From an uncultured Flavobacteriaceae bacterium (GTDB taxonomy: Bacteria; Bacteroidota; Bacteroidia; NS11-12g; UBA955): 64,000 bases of DNA. The notes below the pieces were generated by a model. It was given only the letters and a program-made list of their open reading frames with translations. It was not told the origin of the DNA and ran no database searches. The stretch lies in NCBI GenBank assembly GCA_964475595.1, contig CAYYXG010000009.1:9023-73022 (forward strand), in the 5' to 3' direction. How positions within the stretch are numbered: position 1 is the stretch's first letter; the number at the start of each line of letters is the position of its first letter. The position numbers were made by a program, and so were the translations under genes. Positions 38,411 to 48,214 of the stretch are shown one piece after another.

Positions 38411-39448
38411 ATGCGATTGCCGGCGTTATTTATATTGATTATAACTGGCCAATACTGGGTGTCTGCACAAATAGGCGGAAGCGGGATTTATCGGGTACTG
38501 GTGCAACCTGTAGGAGCCAGAGAGGCAGCATGGGGCGGTTATTGCAACGCTTTTCGCAATAAAGACGTAACATTGTTCGCACACAATCCTGCCCTGCTTA
38601 ATAGTCAAATGCATTTGAGAAGCGCCCTCACTTTTAATACACATCTTAAAGGGGTATGGACCGGTAATGCCGCTTTTGCCAAAAACATAAAAAAAGGTAC
38701 CGGCGGGTTGCAAATTGCCTACATTGATTACGGAATGATGGATGCTTATGACGATGGCGGCAATCCTGAAGGGAAAATTCCGGCCAACGAAACATCCGTT
38801 ACCGCAGGTTTTGCCCGAGAGATTAAACCGGGTCTCTATGCCGGTGCCAATGTGAAATTTGCCTACAGCATTTTGGGTCCTTATATATCCACCGGAGCTG
38901 CCCTTGACGCCGGATTGGTTTGGCGCAGTAAAGACAGTCTTTTTACCGCAGCCGCCGTTTTACGCAATGCCGGTGTGCAACTGCTAACCTACACCCCAGG
39001 GAGTCGTGAGCCACTCCCTTTTTCTGCAGAGCTGGGGGTGAATTTTAAGCCGCGTTACATGCCATTTCGGTTCAATATCACTGCACACAATCTGCAAAAA
39101 CCGGATATGACATACAACCAGTTTTTACAAAGCAATTCCATTGACCTGAGTGGTCAGCCGGCTGCATCAAAACAGGCATCTATTGGTGATAAAGCATTGA
39201 GGCATTTTACCTTTGGAACTGAGCTACTATTGGGAAAAAACTTTGGCATATTAATGGGGTACAATCACCAACGAAGAAAAGAAATGACGCCGGATGTGCG
39301 TCCGGGGGTTGCCGGTTACAGCTGGGGGCTGCAGTTCAAAATCAGCAGGATTCAGATTACCTACGCCAGCATGGCCTACTTCCCGGGTTTTAATGCCAAT
39401 TTATTTACGTTTAGTGCAGCTCCTTCTGATTTTCAGGTTAAAAAGTAA
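38411..39448 (+). CDS. porQ: outer-membrane beta-barrel protein, putative T9SS PorQ
   Basis: Signal peptide, FAHNPALLN motif, beta-barrel pattern. Sits immediately upstream of cmk; I recall PorQ-cmk adjacency in Porphyromonas. Confidence 0.5.
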   Translation: MRLPALFILIITGQYWVSAQIGGSGIYRVLVQPVGAREAAWGGYCNAFRNKDVTLFAHNPALLNSQMHLRSALTFNTHLKGVWTGNAAFAKNIKKGTGGLQIAYIDYGMMDAYDDGGNPEGKIPANETSVTAGFAREIKPGLYAGANVKFAYSILGPYISTGAALDAGLVWRSKDSLFTAAAVLRNAGVQLLTYTPGSREPLPFSAELGVNFKPRYMPFRFNITAHNLQKPDMTYNQFLQSNSIDLSGQPAASKQASIGDKALRHFTFGTELLLGKNFGILMGYNHQRRKEMTPDVRPGVAGYSWGLQFKISRIQITYASMAYFPGFNANLFTFSAAPSDFQVKK

Positions 39449-39453
39449 ATTGA

Positions 39454-40146
39454 TTGAAACGCATCATTATTGCCATCGACGGACACAGCAGTTGCGGTAA
39501 AGGTACCCTGGCAAAACAACTTGCCCTTGCGCTCGGATATAAGTTTATTGACAGCGGTGCCATGTATCGTGCCGTAACCCTCTTTTTGTTGAATTCAGGC
39601 ATTAATCCGTATGATGAAGCTGCAGTTACTTCAATTCTGCCCAATATAAATATTGATTTTCAAGCCAATGCGGAAACAGGCAGAAGTGACATTTGGTTAA
39701 ACTATCATAACGTAGAAAAGCAGATTCGTACTTTGAAAGTAGCGGAATCAGTCAGTCAGGTGGCAAGGATTTCTGCGGTAAGACGCTATCTAGTTGCGAT
39801 GCAGCAAAAAATGGGGGAAGAGAGAGGTGTGGTGATGGATGGCAGAGACATTGGTACGGTGGTTTTCCCATCCGCAGAACTGAAAATCTTTATGACAGCA
39901 TCCCCCCAGGTTCGTGCTGTAAGAAGGTTCAATGAATTATCAGAAAGCGGTGTGGTAACAACCGTTGATGAGGTGCTCGCAAACCTTAAGCAAAGAGACC
40001 TTATAGACAGTAATAGAGAGGATAGTCCGCTTACCATGACTAATGACTATAAATTGCTTGATAATTCGGAAATGTCTAAAGAACAGCAGTTTGAAATAGC
40101 CATGCAATGGGCTAAATTGGCAATGGGTGAATCTACCCAAATATAA
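39454..40146 (+). CDS. cmk: cytidylate kinase
   Basis: IIAIDGHSSCGKGT P-loop, 230 aa. Confidence 0.93.
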   Translation: MKRIIIAIDGHSSCGKGTLAKQLALALGYKFIDSGAMYRAVTLFLLNSGINPYDEAAVTSILPNINIDFQANAETGRSDIWLNYHNVEKQIRTLKVAESVSQVARISAVRRYLVAMQQKMGEERGVVMDGRDIGTVVFPSAELKIFMTASPQVRAVRRFNELSESGVVTTVDEVLANLKQRDLIDSNREDSPLTMTNDYKLLDNSEMSKEQQFEIAMQWAKLAMGESTQI

Positions 40147-40250
40147 CAAAAAAAATCGGTATTTCCAAATTAATAGTTCTTTAGATATCATGAATAATTC
40201 ATTCATTGTATTTCTGTTTTTCGCCAATATAGGCGAACTTTGCAGCCGCA

Positions 40251-41012
40251 ATGAGAACCAAAATAATTGCAGGCAACTGGAAAATGAATAAGACCCTCGA
40301 AGAAGGGCATGCGCTTGTAACTGAAATTCGCGGCATTGTTCGCGATGAACATACCGGAAAATCACAGGTGATTTTATGTCCACCCTTTACTTCGCTGGCT
40401 TCTGCTGCCAGACTGTTGGAAGGCACGGGCATTGCACTTGGTGCACAGAATTGTCATTACGAAGATAGTGGCGCTTTTACCGGAGAAATTAGTCCCTTGA
40501 TGGTAAAAAGTACAGGAGCTCAGTACGTGATCATCGGCCATAGCGAAAGAAGACAATATTTCGCTGAAACGGGTGAATTGTTGTTCAAAAAGGCAAAAGC
40601 AGCCATCAGGCATGGCCTCAAAGTGATATTTTGTGTGGGTGAATCCCTTAGGGAGCGGGAGGAGAAAATCTTCTTTAAAGTAGTGGAAAGCCAGCTTCAG
40701 GAAGGACTTTTCGCCTTGGACCGCAAAGAATTCTCCAATGTGGTTATTGCCTATGAACCTGTTTGGGCTATTGGCACTGGATTGTCGGCTACCCCCGAAC
40801 AAGCGCAGGAAATGCACAACTACATACGCAAAGTGATAGGGGTAAACTACACCGAGGAAATTGCGGAAGAGACCACCATTCTCTATGGTGGCAGTATGAA
40901 GCCCGATAATGCTGCCGGACTTATGGCGCAAGCTGATATTGATGGAGGATTGATTGGAGGTGCAGCGCTCAAAGCGCGTGATTTTGCGGACATAATCAAG
41001 GCTGTGGGATAA
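40251..41012 (+). CDS. tpiA: triose-phosphate isomerase
   Basis: IAGNWKMN, AYEPVWAIGTG, GGS(M/V)K motifs. Confidence 0.97.
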   Translation: MRTKIIAGNWKMNKTLEEGHALVTEIRGIVRDEHTGKSQVILCPPFTSLASAARLLEGTGIALGAQNCHYEDSGAFTGEISPLMVKSTGAQYVIIGHSERRQYFAETGELLFKKAKAAIRHGLKVIFCVGESLREREEKIFFKVVESQLQEGLFALDRKEFSNVVIAYEPVWAIGTGLSATPEQAQEMHNYIRKVIGVNYTEEIAEETTILYGGSMKPDNAAGLMAQADIDGGLIGGAALKARDFADIIKAVG

Positions 41013-41067
41013 ATCTCTCAGGTTTCTTACGTTTTCGGCACGGTTTTTCCTGTTCTTTGTGTAAATA

Positions 41068-44000
41068 ATGAACAGGTTTTTTCGTTTCATATTGCAAATG
41101 CGTTGGTTTTACTTTGCTTGCACACTTCTCGTATCTGCGTTTAGCGTTCCGGTCAATGCGCAAATTCGGAGTTTTAGTCCGGATCCTGCTGTTTTTATTA
41201 AAGAGCTCGAAACGCATATTACTTCCGCATCCAGTAAGGAATTAAACCAAACTTTTGCTGTTTTTCGCGAAAGCTGGGAAATGGGCAAGTTCAGCCCTGA
41301 GCAGCAAAAAAATATCATGGCCATATGCAGTGATATGGTTTCCGATAGAATGCCTGTTCAGCCCCACTTTGATTATCTTATTCAATCCATAACCGCCTAT
41401 CTGCAGAAAAAACTTCCCGAAAAAGTATTACAGCAATGGCAGCAGGCCACTCGGAAACTGATCGGTTCAGGCAGCACAAATTATGTAGAGTTTCTGAAAA
41501 TGACTACCGGACTTTTTCGCAACGGGACGCTTTTTACAGATAATAATAAGCGATGGTCTGTAGATTCCTGCGATTTTGATTTGCTGTTTGACAAAGGTGA
41601 AATTGTGGTGAAATTTCCGTCTACCACATTAACCTGCCATGGTCCGGTGGATAAAATGAAAATTTACAACACGGCGGGTACATTTTATCCGGTTAAAAAG
41701 GTTTGGACAGGAACCTCCGGCGAAACTACGTTTGAAAGGGTATTGCCCGATGACGATGTTCAGGTAAGCTGGAAAAAGTTTACCATCAACCTGGAAGAAT
41801 CCGACTATAAAATTGATACAGCTACCCTTCAGTATGTTGGCTATTTTAATAATGGTGTTAAAGGTCGTTTTCAGGATAAAATTAGTTTCTCACCGGATTC
41901 TGCCGTGGTGAAAAAATCGCCCTGGCCGAGATTTTCCAGCTTTGAAAATAGTTTGCAGATTTTCGGAATAGTAGGGCCTAATGCTTCGCTGAAAGGTGGT
42001 TTTAGTATGGTAGGTGGTGATATAAACACCCAAACAGCCAATGGTGAAGAAACAGTAATTAACATTCTGTACAAAAACCAGAAAAGAATAACCCTGAAGA
42101 GTAAGACTTTCAAAATAGCCAATGGGGCAGCAGCCAGCCGCAAAGCATCGATGATCATATATGTGGATAGTACCACCATTACCCACCCTGCAGTTGAGGT
42201 AAATTTTCAGTTTGAGGAAAATAAACTGGTGATTACACGCGGATCGGAAGGCCTGATGAGAGCCCCGTTTTATGACGATTACCACAAAGTGGATATCGAT
42301 GCACAGCAACTCCGTTGGAAATTGGATGAGCCGTTTGTAGATTTTGATAACATTAACAATGACCAGGATGCAAAAATTTCCAGTGCCGATTTTTATAAGG
42401 AAATGCTGTATGCCCGAATACAGGGCCCCCTCAGCTTTAATCCCCTGGAAAGTTTATATGCATTTTACAACCGACAGCCGGAAGATCCAGTGGCCCGGGC
42501 CATGGAAAAAGAGTTAAAAGCACTGATTAGCAGAAATAAGCCGGAGGATAAAGCGTTGATAGACCAAAAGTTGAAAGCCCTTCAGGCACGCAAGAAAGAA
42601 ACCCGTACCTACTATGCCGCTGAAAGGCGCATGAAATTTGCCCTATCTGATTATGCGAATTTTTGCAAAATGCAACCCGAGCACCTGCGATCACCCTTTA
42701 TTGAATTGCATGATGCCGGCTACATCACCTATTATCCTGAGCAGGACTCCGCCATGTTTAGAACCAAACTGTTCAGATGGGTTCAGAGTCATGAAAAAAA
42801 CCGGGATTATGATGTGATTCGCCTTTCTTCAATTATTGGAAAACGCAGCAATATGTCGCTGAATCTGCTTAGCCATGAGATGAACGTGGAAGGTGTGCAG
42901 AAATTCTTCTTTTCCGATTCTCAAAATGTGGTGGTTGTACCCTACGAACAGCAGGTTACTTTGTTGAAAAACAGACGCATTCGTTTTGGTGGGATGGTAC
43001 GTGCCGGGCGTTTTGATTTTTTTGGTAAAAAATTTGAATTTGATTACGCTAACTTCCTGGTGCAATCGGATGTTATTGATAGTCTAAGATTGTATTTCCC
43101 GGATAGTACAGGTAGGTCCCTCATTCCCATAAAAAGTGTGTTGCGAAATATCAATGGTACCATTTACATTGATAAACCCAATAATAAATCAGGGCTTGTA
43201 AACTATCCCGAGTATCCGATTTTTAAGGCACTTAAAGGTTCCGAAGTGCTATATGACAAGCCATCCATTCACGGTGGTCAGTATAAGGCCGAATCATTTA
43301 AGTTTGTTATTGATCCCTTCACCATTGACAGTTTGGATAATTTTACCATTGCTGGCCTGCGGTTTGAAGGCTCTTTTCTAAGTGATGGCATTTTCCCTGA
43401 ATTCCGTCACTATGTGTATATACAGCCGGATTACTCACTGGGTTTTGTAACGCCTACACCGCCGGGAGGGTATAGTATGTACAGAGGCAAAGGCAAAGGA
43501 GAAATGACCATGAATCTGAGTGAACGTGGTTTCTATGGTGAGCAGGGAAATATTGCCTACAGTGGCTCAACCACCAAGTTTCAGCGGATTTTACTATTGC
43601 CAAAGGCAGCAAAAGGTACTGTGGATTCGTATGAACTGCCCCAAAGTACCATTTATCCGCAGATCTATGCATCCAATGCCAATATGGAATGGATTCCGTA
43701 CCATGATAAATTTAATATTTCCAACGGACCTACACCCATTAAGGTGTTTAAATCTGAATATGATTTTATCGGTACAATTACACAGAAGCCCTCTAAAGTA
43801 ACAGGCAATGGAACCTTGGCCTGGCCTGAAGCCAAATTCAGCAGCGATGAGATGTTGTTTGCTCCCAATAAAACCAGTGCAGATAAAGCCAATCTTACCA
43901 TTTATGGCGCAGATTCTTCCAAAGTGGCTTTTGAAACTAACGATATACGTGGGACAATGGATTTTAATACCCGTATCGGATCGTTTAATACCAATAAGGT

Positions 44001-45618
44001 GGGTGCAGAAACACGATTCCCCTTCAATAGTTATATGACCAACCTCAATGATTATCGTTGGGATATGAATGGTAAAACCATCGAGGCCAGAATGGGTGCA
44101 GCCATGTCGGGTAAACAACCCTTGTGGATGAGTACCAATCCCACACAGGATAGTCTCAAGTTTGCCGGAATTAGAGGGGTGTATGACCTAAAAAATTACA
44201 CATTGAATGTACAGCAAATACCTTTCATAGATATTGCAGACAGCCGTGTGGTGCTCAAAGATGGCAAAGTAACCATTCGCGAAAACGGGGATATGGATAT
44301 TGTGGATAGCGCGAGGTTGTTTGCCAACCGATTTGATAAATTCCATGAAATTTATCGCAGCCGACTAAAGATTTACGGTAAAAATAAAATGCGTGGCTCC
44401 GGGTTGTATCAGTACGTAAACAAGCTGGGCAAAAGACAGGAGTTTTTCCTGGATAGCATAATCGTTAATCGCGACAGAAATATAGAAGGCTGGGGAAAAA
44501 TTGACGAATCTCAGAATTTTACCCTCGATACCAAAATCGGATATAAAGGTTTTGCACAAATCCTGAGCACAGAACAGAATCTTCAGTTTACCGGCTATGT
44601 AAAACCATTGCATACCTTTAAAAATATACTTCCTTCTGCATGGCTTCGCTACAGCGACCGCGTTGATCCTAAAAATGTTGTTATCAATGTGCAAGATCCC
44701 CGTGACAAGGATAACAAGAAACAATATGTGGGGCTTTTTGTGGCCAATGACAGCAGCCATGTTTATCCATTGTTCTTTAGCTGGAAACGCCGGTATAGTG
44801 ACCCTGATGTGACTAACGATACCGGTATTTTCTATTATGACCACGAAAAGGAAAGTTTTTTTGCCGGTAGCAAAGACAAATTACTCAATGACGGTTTGAA
44901 GGGCAGTTATATTCAGCTGAATGAGAAAAATCATACCGTGCACGCCGAAGGTCCTCTGGATTTTGGACTGGAAAGTAATAACATCCGATTTAAAAATGCA
45001 GGTACTGCAGATTTGAAGGAAGGTGACAGCAGCTTTGTCTTTAACCTGGCCATGATGTTGGATTTCCCCTTGCACAAGGATTTCATTTCACGCCTGAAAG
45101 AGATGTTCCAAACCAGTAGCGGTGGTTCTGTAAATATCAATACAGAATTCTTTAAAAATGCCATTGGAGAGATGGTGGCCGAAGACAAAACTGCCCGAAA
45201 CATCATCAAGAACATTGAGAAAAATGGAGAATTGTCTGGAAAGGATGAAGCAGAATACACCCTGATTTTGAGCGATGCAACATTCCGTTGGGATAGTAAA
45301 TACCGTGGTATGTATTGTAATGATAATGTGAGTGTAGCTTCATTTGCAGGTACGCCCATCAATAAAGATATAAAGACTACCATGCTGATTGAACACAAGC
45401 GTGGCGGTGAAAATATGTATATCTATTTTGATTTTGGTGGCAATGAGTGGATTTACATCAATCTCACTAAAACCGTGGCCAATATCCTAAGCAGCGATGT
45501 AAAGCTCAATGAAATACTGGTGAATACAGCAGATAAACTCAAGGTTGAAGATTTTTATGTGAAACCTGCTACGGCAAAGCAAGTAGAGCGCTTTCTCAAA
45601 CGTTTGGGGGCTGAATAA
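41068..45618 (+). CDS. giant secreted hypothetical protein (1516 aa)
   Basis: Cleavable signal peptide (VPVNAQ). About 120-aa helical N-region followed by a long beta-rich body. No T9SS tail, no recognisable enzymatic motif. Confidence 0.6.
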   Translation: MNRFFRFILQMRWFYFACTLLVSAFSVPVNAQIRSFSPDPAVFIKELETHITSASSKELNQTFAVFRESWEMGKFSPEQQKNIMAICSDMVSDRMPVQPHFDYLIQSITAYLQKKLPEKVLQQWQQATRKLIGSGSTNYVEFLKMTTGLFRNGTLFTDNNKRWSVDSCDFDLLFDKGEIVVKFPSTTLTCHGPVDKMKIYNTAGTFYPVKKVWTGTSGETTFERVLPDDDVQVSWKKFTINLEESDYKIDTATLQYVGYFNNGVKGRFQDKISFSPDSAVVKKSPWPRFSSFENSLQIFGIVGPNASLKGGFSMVGGDINTQTANGEETVINILYKNQKRITLKSKTFKIANGAAASRKASMIIYVDSTTITHPAVEVNFQFEENKLVITRGSEGLMRAPFYDDYHKVDIDAQQLRWKLDEPFVDFDNINNDQDAKISSADFYKEMLYARIQGPLSFNPLESLYAFYNRQPEDPVARAMEKELKALISRNKPEDKALIDQKLKALQARKKETRTYYAAERRMKFALSDYANFCKMQPEHLRSPFIELHDAGYITYYPEQDSAMFRTKLFRWVQSHEKNRDYDVIRLSSIIGKRSNMSLNLLSHEMNVEGVQKFFFSDSQNVVVVPYEQQVTLLKNRRIRFGGMVRAGRFDFFGKKFEFDYANFLVQSDVIDSLRLYFPDSTGRSLIPIKSVLRNINGTIYIDKPNNKSGLVNYPEYPIFKALKGSEVLYDKPSIHGGQYKAESFKFVIDPFTIDSLDNFTIAGLRFEGSFLSDGIFPEFRHYVYIQPDYSLGFVTPTPPGGYSMYRGKGKGEMTMNLSERGFYGEQGNIAYSGSTTKFQRILLLPKAAKGTVDSYELPQSTIYPQIYASNANMEWIPYHDKFNISNGPTPIKVFKSEYDFIGTITQKPSKVTGNGTLAWPEAKFSSDEMLFAPNKTSADKANLTIYGADSSKVAFETNDIRGTMDFNTRIGSFNTNKVGAETRFPFNSYMTNLNDYRWDMNGKTIEARMGAAMSGKQPLWMSTNPTQDSLKFAGIRGVYDLKNYTLNVQQIPFIDIADSRVVLKDGKVTIRENGDMDIVDSARLFANRFDKFHEIYRSRLKIYGKNKMRGSGLYQYVNKLGKRQEFFLDSIIVNRDRNIEGWGKIDESQNFTLDTKIGYKGFAQILSTEQNLQFTGYVKPLHTFKNILPSAWLRYSDRVDPKNVVINVQDPRDKDNKKQYVGLFVANDSSHVYPLFFSWKRRYSDPDVTNDTGIFYYDHEKESFFAGSKDKLLNDGLKGSYIQLNEKNHTVHAEGPLDFGLESNNIRFKNAGTADLKEGDSSFVFNLAMMLDFPLHKDFISRLKEMFQTSSGGSVNINTEFFKNAIGEMVAEDKTARNIIKNIEKNGELSGKDEAEYTLILSDATFRWDSKYRGMYCNDNVSVASFAGTPINKDIKTTMLIEHKRGGENMYIYFDFGGNEWIYINLTKTVANILSSDVKLNEILVNTADKLKVEDFYVKPATAKQVERFLKRLGAE

Positions 45619-46363
45619 CAGGTGTTGTTTTTTCAAAATCCGGATAAATCACATCGGATAAGAACAACCCCTTTGCCGGCGCGGATTTGCCTGCCATATT
45701 TCGATTTCCGGTATGCAAAAACTCTGCGAAATCTTGTATGCTCATCTTTCCTAAGCCCACTTTTAACAAGGTGCCTACCATGCTTCGCACCATGCTGCGT
45801 AAAAATCGATTGGCAGTTACCGTAAATAACAATCCTGCAGTAGTTTCTAACCATATAGCTTCCATAATTGTGCATTTATAGCTGCCTCCGGGTGCTTTTC
45901 CCTTGCAAAAGCAGCGAAATTCGGTGTGTGATAATAGCATTTTAGCCGCCTCATTCATCAAGGCTAAATCGGGCTTGTGTGGCAGAAAAAAAGTCATTTC
46001 GGATAAAAAAGGATTTTTACTGTGGGTAATAAAGTATCGGTAAGTGCGAGATACCGCTGAAAACCGAGCATGCATCTCTTCTGAAACAGGCCGACAATTG
46101 AATATAGTAATGCTTTTGGGAAGCATACCATTGAGCCGGTAAACCAAATTTTTTGGCACTTCTATCGTTGTGTCAAAATGGGCAACAAAATAGGCAGCAT
46201 GCACCCCGGTGTCTGTCCTTCCACAACCATAAATTTCAGTGCTATCCCTTAAAATTAATGATAGTTTGCTTTCAAGCAATGCCTGAACACTGCTTACTTC
46301 ATCCTGTTTCTGCCAACCTCCAAAGACAGTTCCATTGTAAGCCAGTTCCAGAAAATAACGCAT
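45596..46363 (-). CDS. truA: tRNA pseudouridine(38-40) synthase
   Basis: YNGTVFGGWQKQ ... GCGRTDTGVHA catalytic-Asp block. Confidence 0.93.
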   Translation of the reverse strand: MRYFLELAYNGTVFGGWQKQDEVSSVQALLESKLSLILRDSTEIYGCGRTDTGVHAAYFVAHFDTTIEVPKNLVYRLNGMLPKSITIFNCRPVSEEMHARFSAVSRTYRYFITHSKNPFLSEMTFFLPHKPDLALMNEAAKMLLSHTEFRCFCKGKAPGGSYKCTIMEAIWLETTAGLLFTVTANRFLRSMVRSMVGTLLKVGLGKMSIQDFAEFLHTGNRNMAGKSAPAKGLFLSDVIYPDFEKTTPVIQPPNV

Positions 46364-47562
46364 TATGCTTTTTCAAAAACCACAGCGCAGCCCTGACCCA
46401 CACCAATGCACATGGTGGCCAGACCGTAACGGGCATTGGCATTTCTCTTCATTTCATGCAGCAGGGTAGTGCTAATGCGGGCTCCACTGGCTCCCAGCGG
46501 GTGACCGATTGCAATGCTGCCACCATTGGGGTTCACAATTTCCGGATTGATTTTCAATTCTCGCATGCTGGCCAGAACCTGACTCGCAAAAGCTTCGTTA
46601 AGTTCCGCAATGGACAGGTCATTTACACCGATTCCGGCGTGTTTAAGCGCTTTTTGTGAGGCAGGAACCGGACCAATCCCCATAATGGCCGGATCTACGC
46701 CTGCCGCTCCAACGCCTGCGATGCGTGCAATCGGTGTAAGGTTATAGCGTTTTACTGCATCGCCAGAAGCCAGAATCAAACAGGCAGCGCCGTCGTTGAT
46801 GCCACTGCTGTTGCCGGCTGTAACACTTCCGTCTTTCTTGAAAGCGGGTTTTAAAGTAGCCAGAATATCAACACCGCTCAATCTGGGATGTTCATCAGTT
46901 TCGAAGTGATGAAATTCACCTTTTTTACCGGGAATAGGCACTGCAACAATCTCATCTTTGAATTTACCTGCTTCCTGGGCCTGTTTCCATTTGGTTTGAG
47001 AGCCAAAGGCAAAAACATCCTGGTCCTCACGGCTGATTCCGTATTTTTCCGCAACATTTTCGGCCGTTTCACCCATGCTGTATGGATGATAAAGTTGAGC
47101 CAGTGTTTTGTTGGTAAAACGCCATCCTATGGTGGTGTCGTATATTTCAGTGCTTCGTTGAAATGCGCTCTCCGCTTTTGCCATCACAAATGGAGCCCGC
47201 GTCATGCTCTCGGTTCCGCCTGCAATGATTAGTTCAGCAGTTCCGGATTTGATAGCCATGTAACCATTCATAATGCTTTGCAAACCGCTGGCGCAAAGTC
47301 TGTTTACGGTGTATCCGGGAATGGTTGTGGGCAAGCCGGCGAGCAATAGTGCCATCCTGGCTACATTTCGGTTGTCTTCACCGGCCTGGTTGGCGGCTCC
47401 GAAAATGACTTCATCTGTGTTGGCAAAATCAATGCCGGCGTTGCGATCCATAATAGCACGAATCACATGAGCTGCCAGATCATCCGGCCTAACTCCCGAA
47501 AGGCTTCCGCCAAATTTACCCACCGGTGTGCGAAGGGCGTCTATTACAAAAACATCTTGCAT
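46363..47562 (-). CDS. acetyl-CoA C-acyltransferase (thiolase II)
   Basis: VIDALRTPVGKFGG, NRLCASGL, GHPLGASG, CIGVGQG motifs. The TAATG stop/start overlap couples it to truA. Confidence 0.93.
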   Translation of the reverse strand: MQDVFVIDALRTPVGKFGGSLSGVRPDDLAAHVIRAIMDRNAGIDFANTDEVIFGAANQAGEDNRNVARMALLLAGLPTTIPGYTVNRLCASGLQSIMNGYMAIKSGTAELIIAGGTESMTRAPFVMAKAESAFQRSTEIYDTTIGWRFTNKTLAQLYHPYSMGETAENVAEKYGISREDQDVFAFGSQTKWKQAQEAGKFKDEIVAVPIPGKKGEFHHFETDEHPRLSGVDILATLKPAFKKDGSVTAGNSSGINDGAACLILASGDAVKRYNLTPIARIAGVGAAGVDPAIMGIGPVPASQKALKHAGIGVNDLSIAELNEAFASQVLASMRELKINPEIVNPNGGSIAIGHPLGASGARISTTLLHEMKRNANARYGLATMCIGVGQGCAVVFEKA

Positions 47563-47614
47563 TCGGTTGCAAAGTTACCAATTGAAACTATCAATTTTTA
47601 CAATATAATGAAAG

Positions 47615-48145
47615 GTGCTGCAACAGGATGGCTTAAATTTGCGATGTACATTGCTTCAAAAAGCATCCATATTCTCTCGTATTGCGATTGCCGCCATCAT
47701 TGCACTTTTCCCGCTGCTTAGTGCTTTATCCATTATGTATCACAAACAATACATGCACAAAAAGATAGAAGCACAATGGGAATCGGTGCTATTGGAAAAG
47801 CTGGATTTGAAAAAGTCAGATTTTCCTGATTTACTTAAGCGCAAGGAAATTGATTTTAAAGGAAATCGGTATGATTTGGTGAAGGTGACAGATAATGGCG
47901 ATAGTTGGCTGGTTTCGGCCATCAACGATACCAAGGAAAAATGGCTGGAATCAAACATGAATGCCTCAGGGAATGGTCAAAAATTCACATCGTGCTGGAT
48001 TTTTACTGTGATGCTTGCCCTACCGCTTGAACTTAAAACTCCTGCAATGAATGCTGTGATATTAAAACAGCGATCAATTGCGGAAATCATTGCCATTTAC
48101 ATACTTCCAATTGCCCCGCCACCGGAGCCATTTTGTGTTTCTTAA
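47615..48145 (+). CDS. hypothetical small membrane protein
   Basis: One clear TM segment (IAIAAIIALFPLLSALSIMY). Start uncertain, weak call. Confidence 0.3.
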   Translation: MLQQDGLNLRCTLLQKASIFSRIAIAAIIALFPLLSALSIMYHKQYMHKKIEAQWESVLLEKLDLKKSDFPDLLKRKEIDFKGNRYDLVKVTDNGDSWLVSAINDTKEKWLESNMNASGNGQKFTSCWIFTVMLALPLELKTPAMNAVILKQRSIAEIIAIYILPIAPPPEPFCVS

Positions 48146-48214
48146 CTAAGATAGAATCAGAATCTTCTAATCGTCGTCTAGCACGATCTCTCTTAAACAC
48201 AAAATATTTTAACC

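Noticed and set aside
47563-48214. Cobalamin/TPP riboswitch in the TBDR leader
   Set aside because: No B12 box (GCCACTG...) or TPP CUGAGA/ACCUGA cores were found by eye. Cannot exclude without a covariance-model scan.
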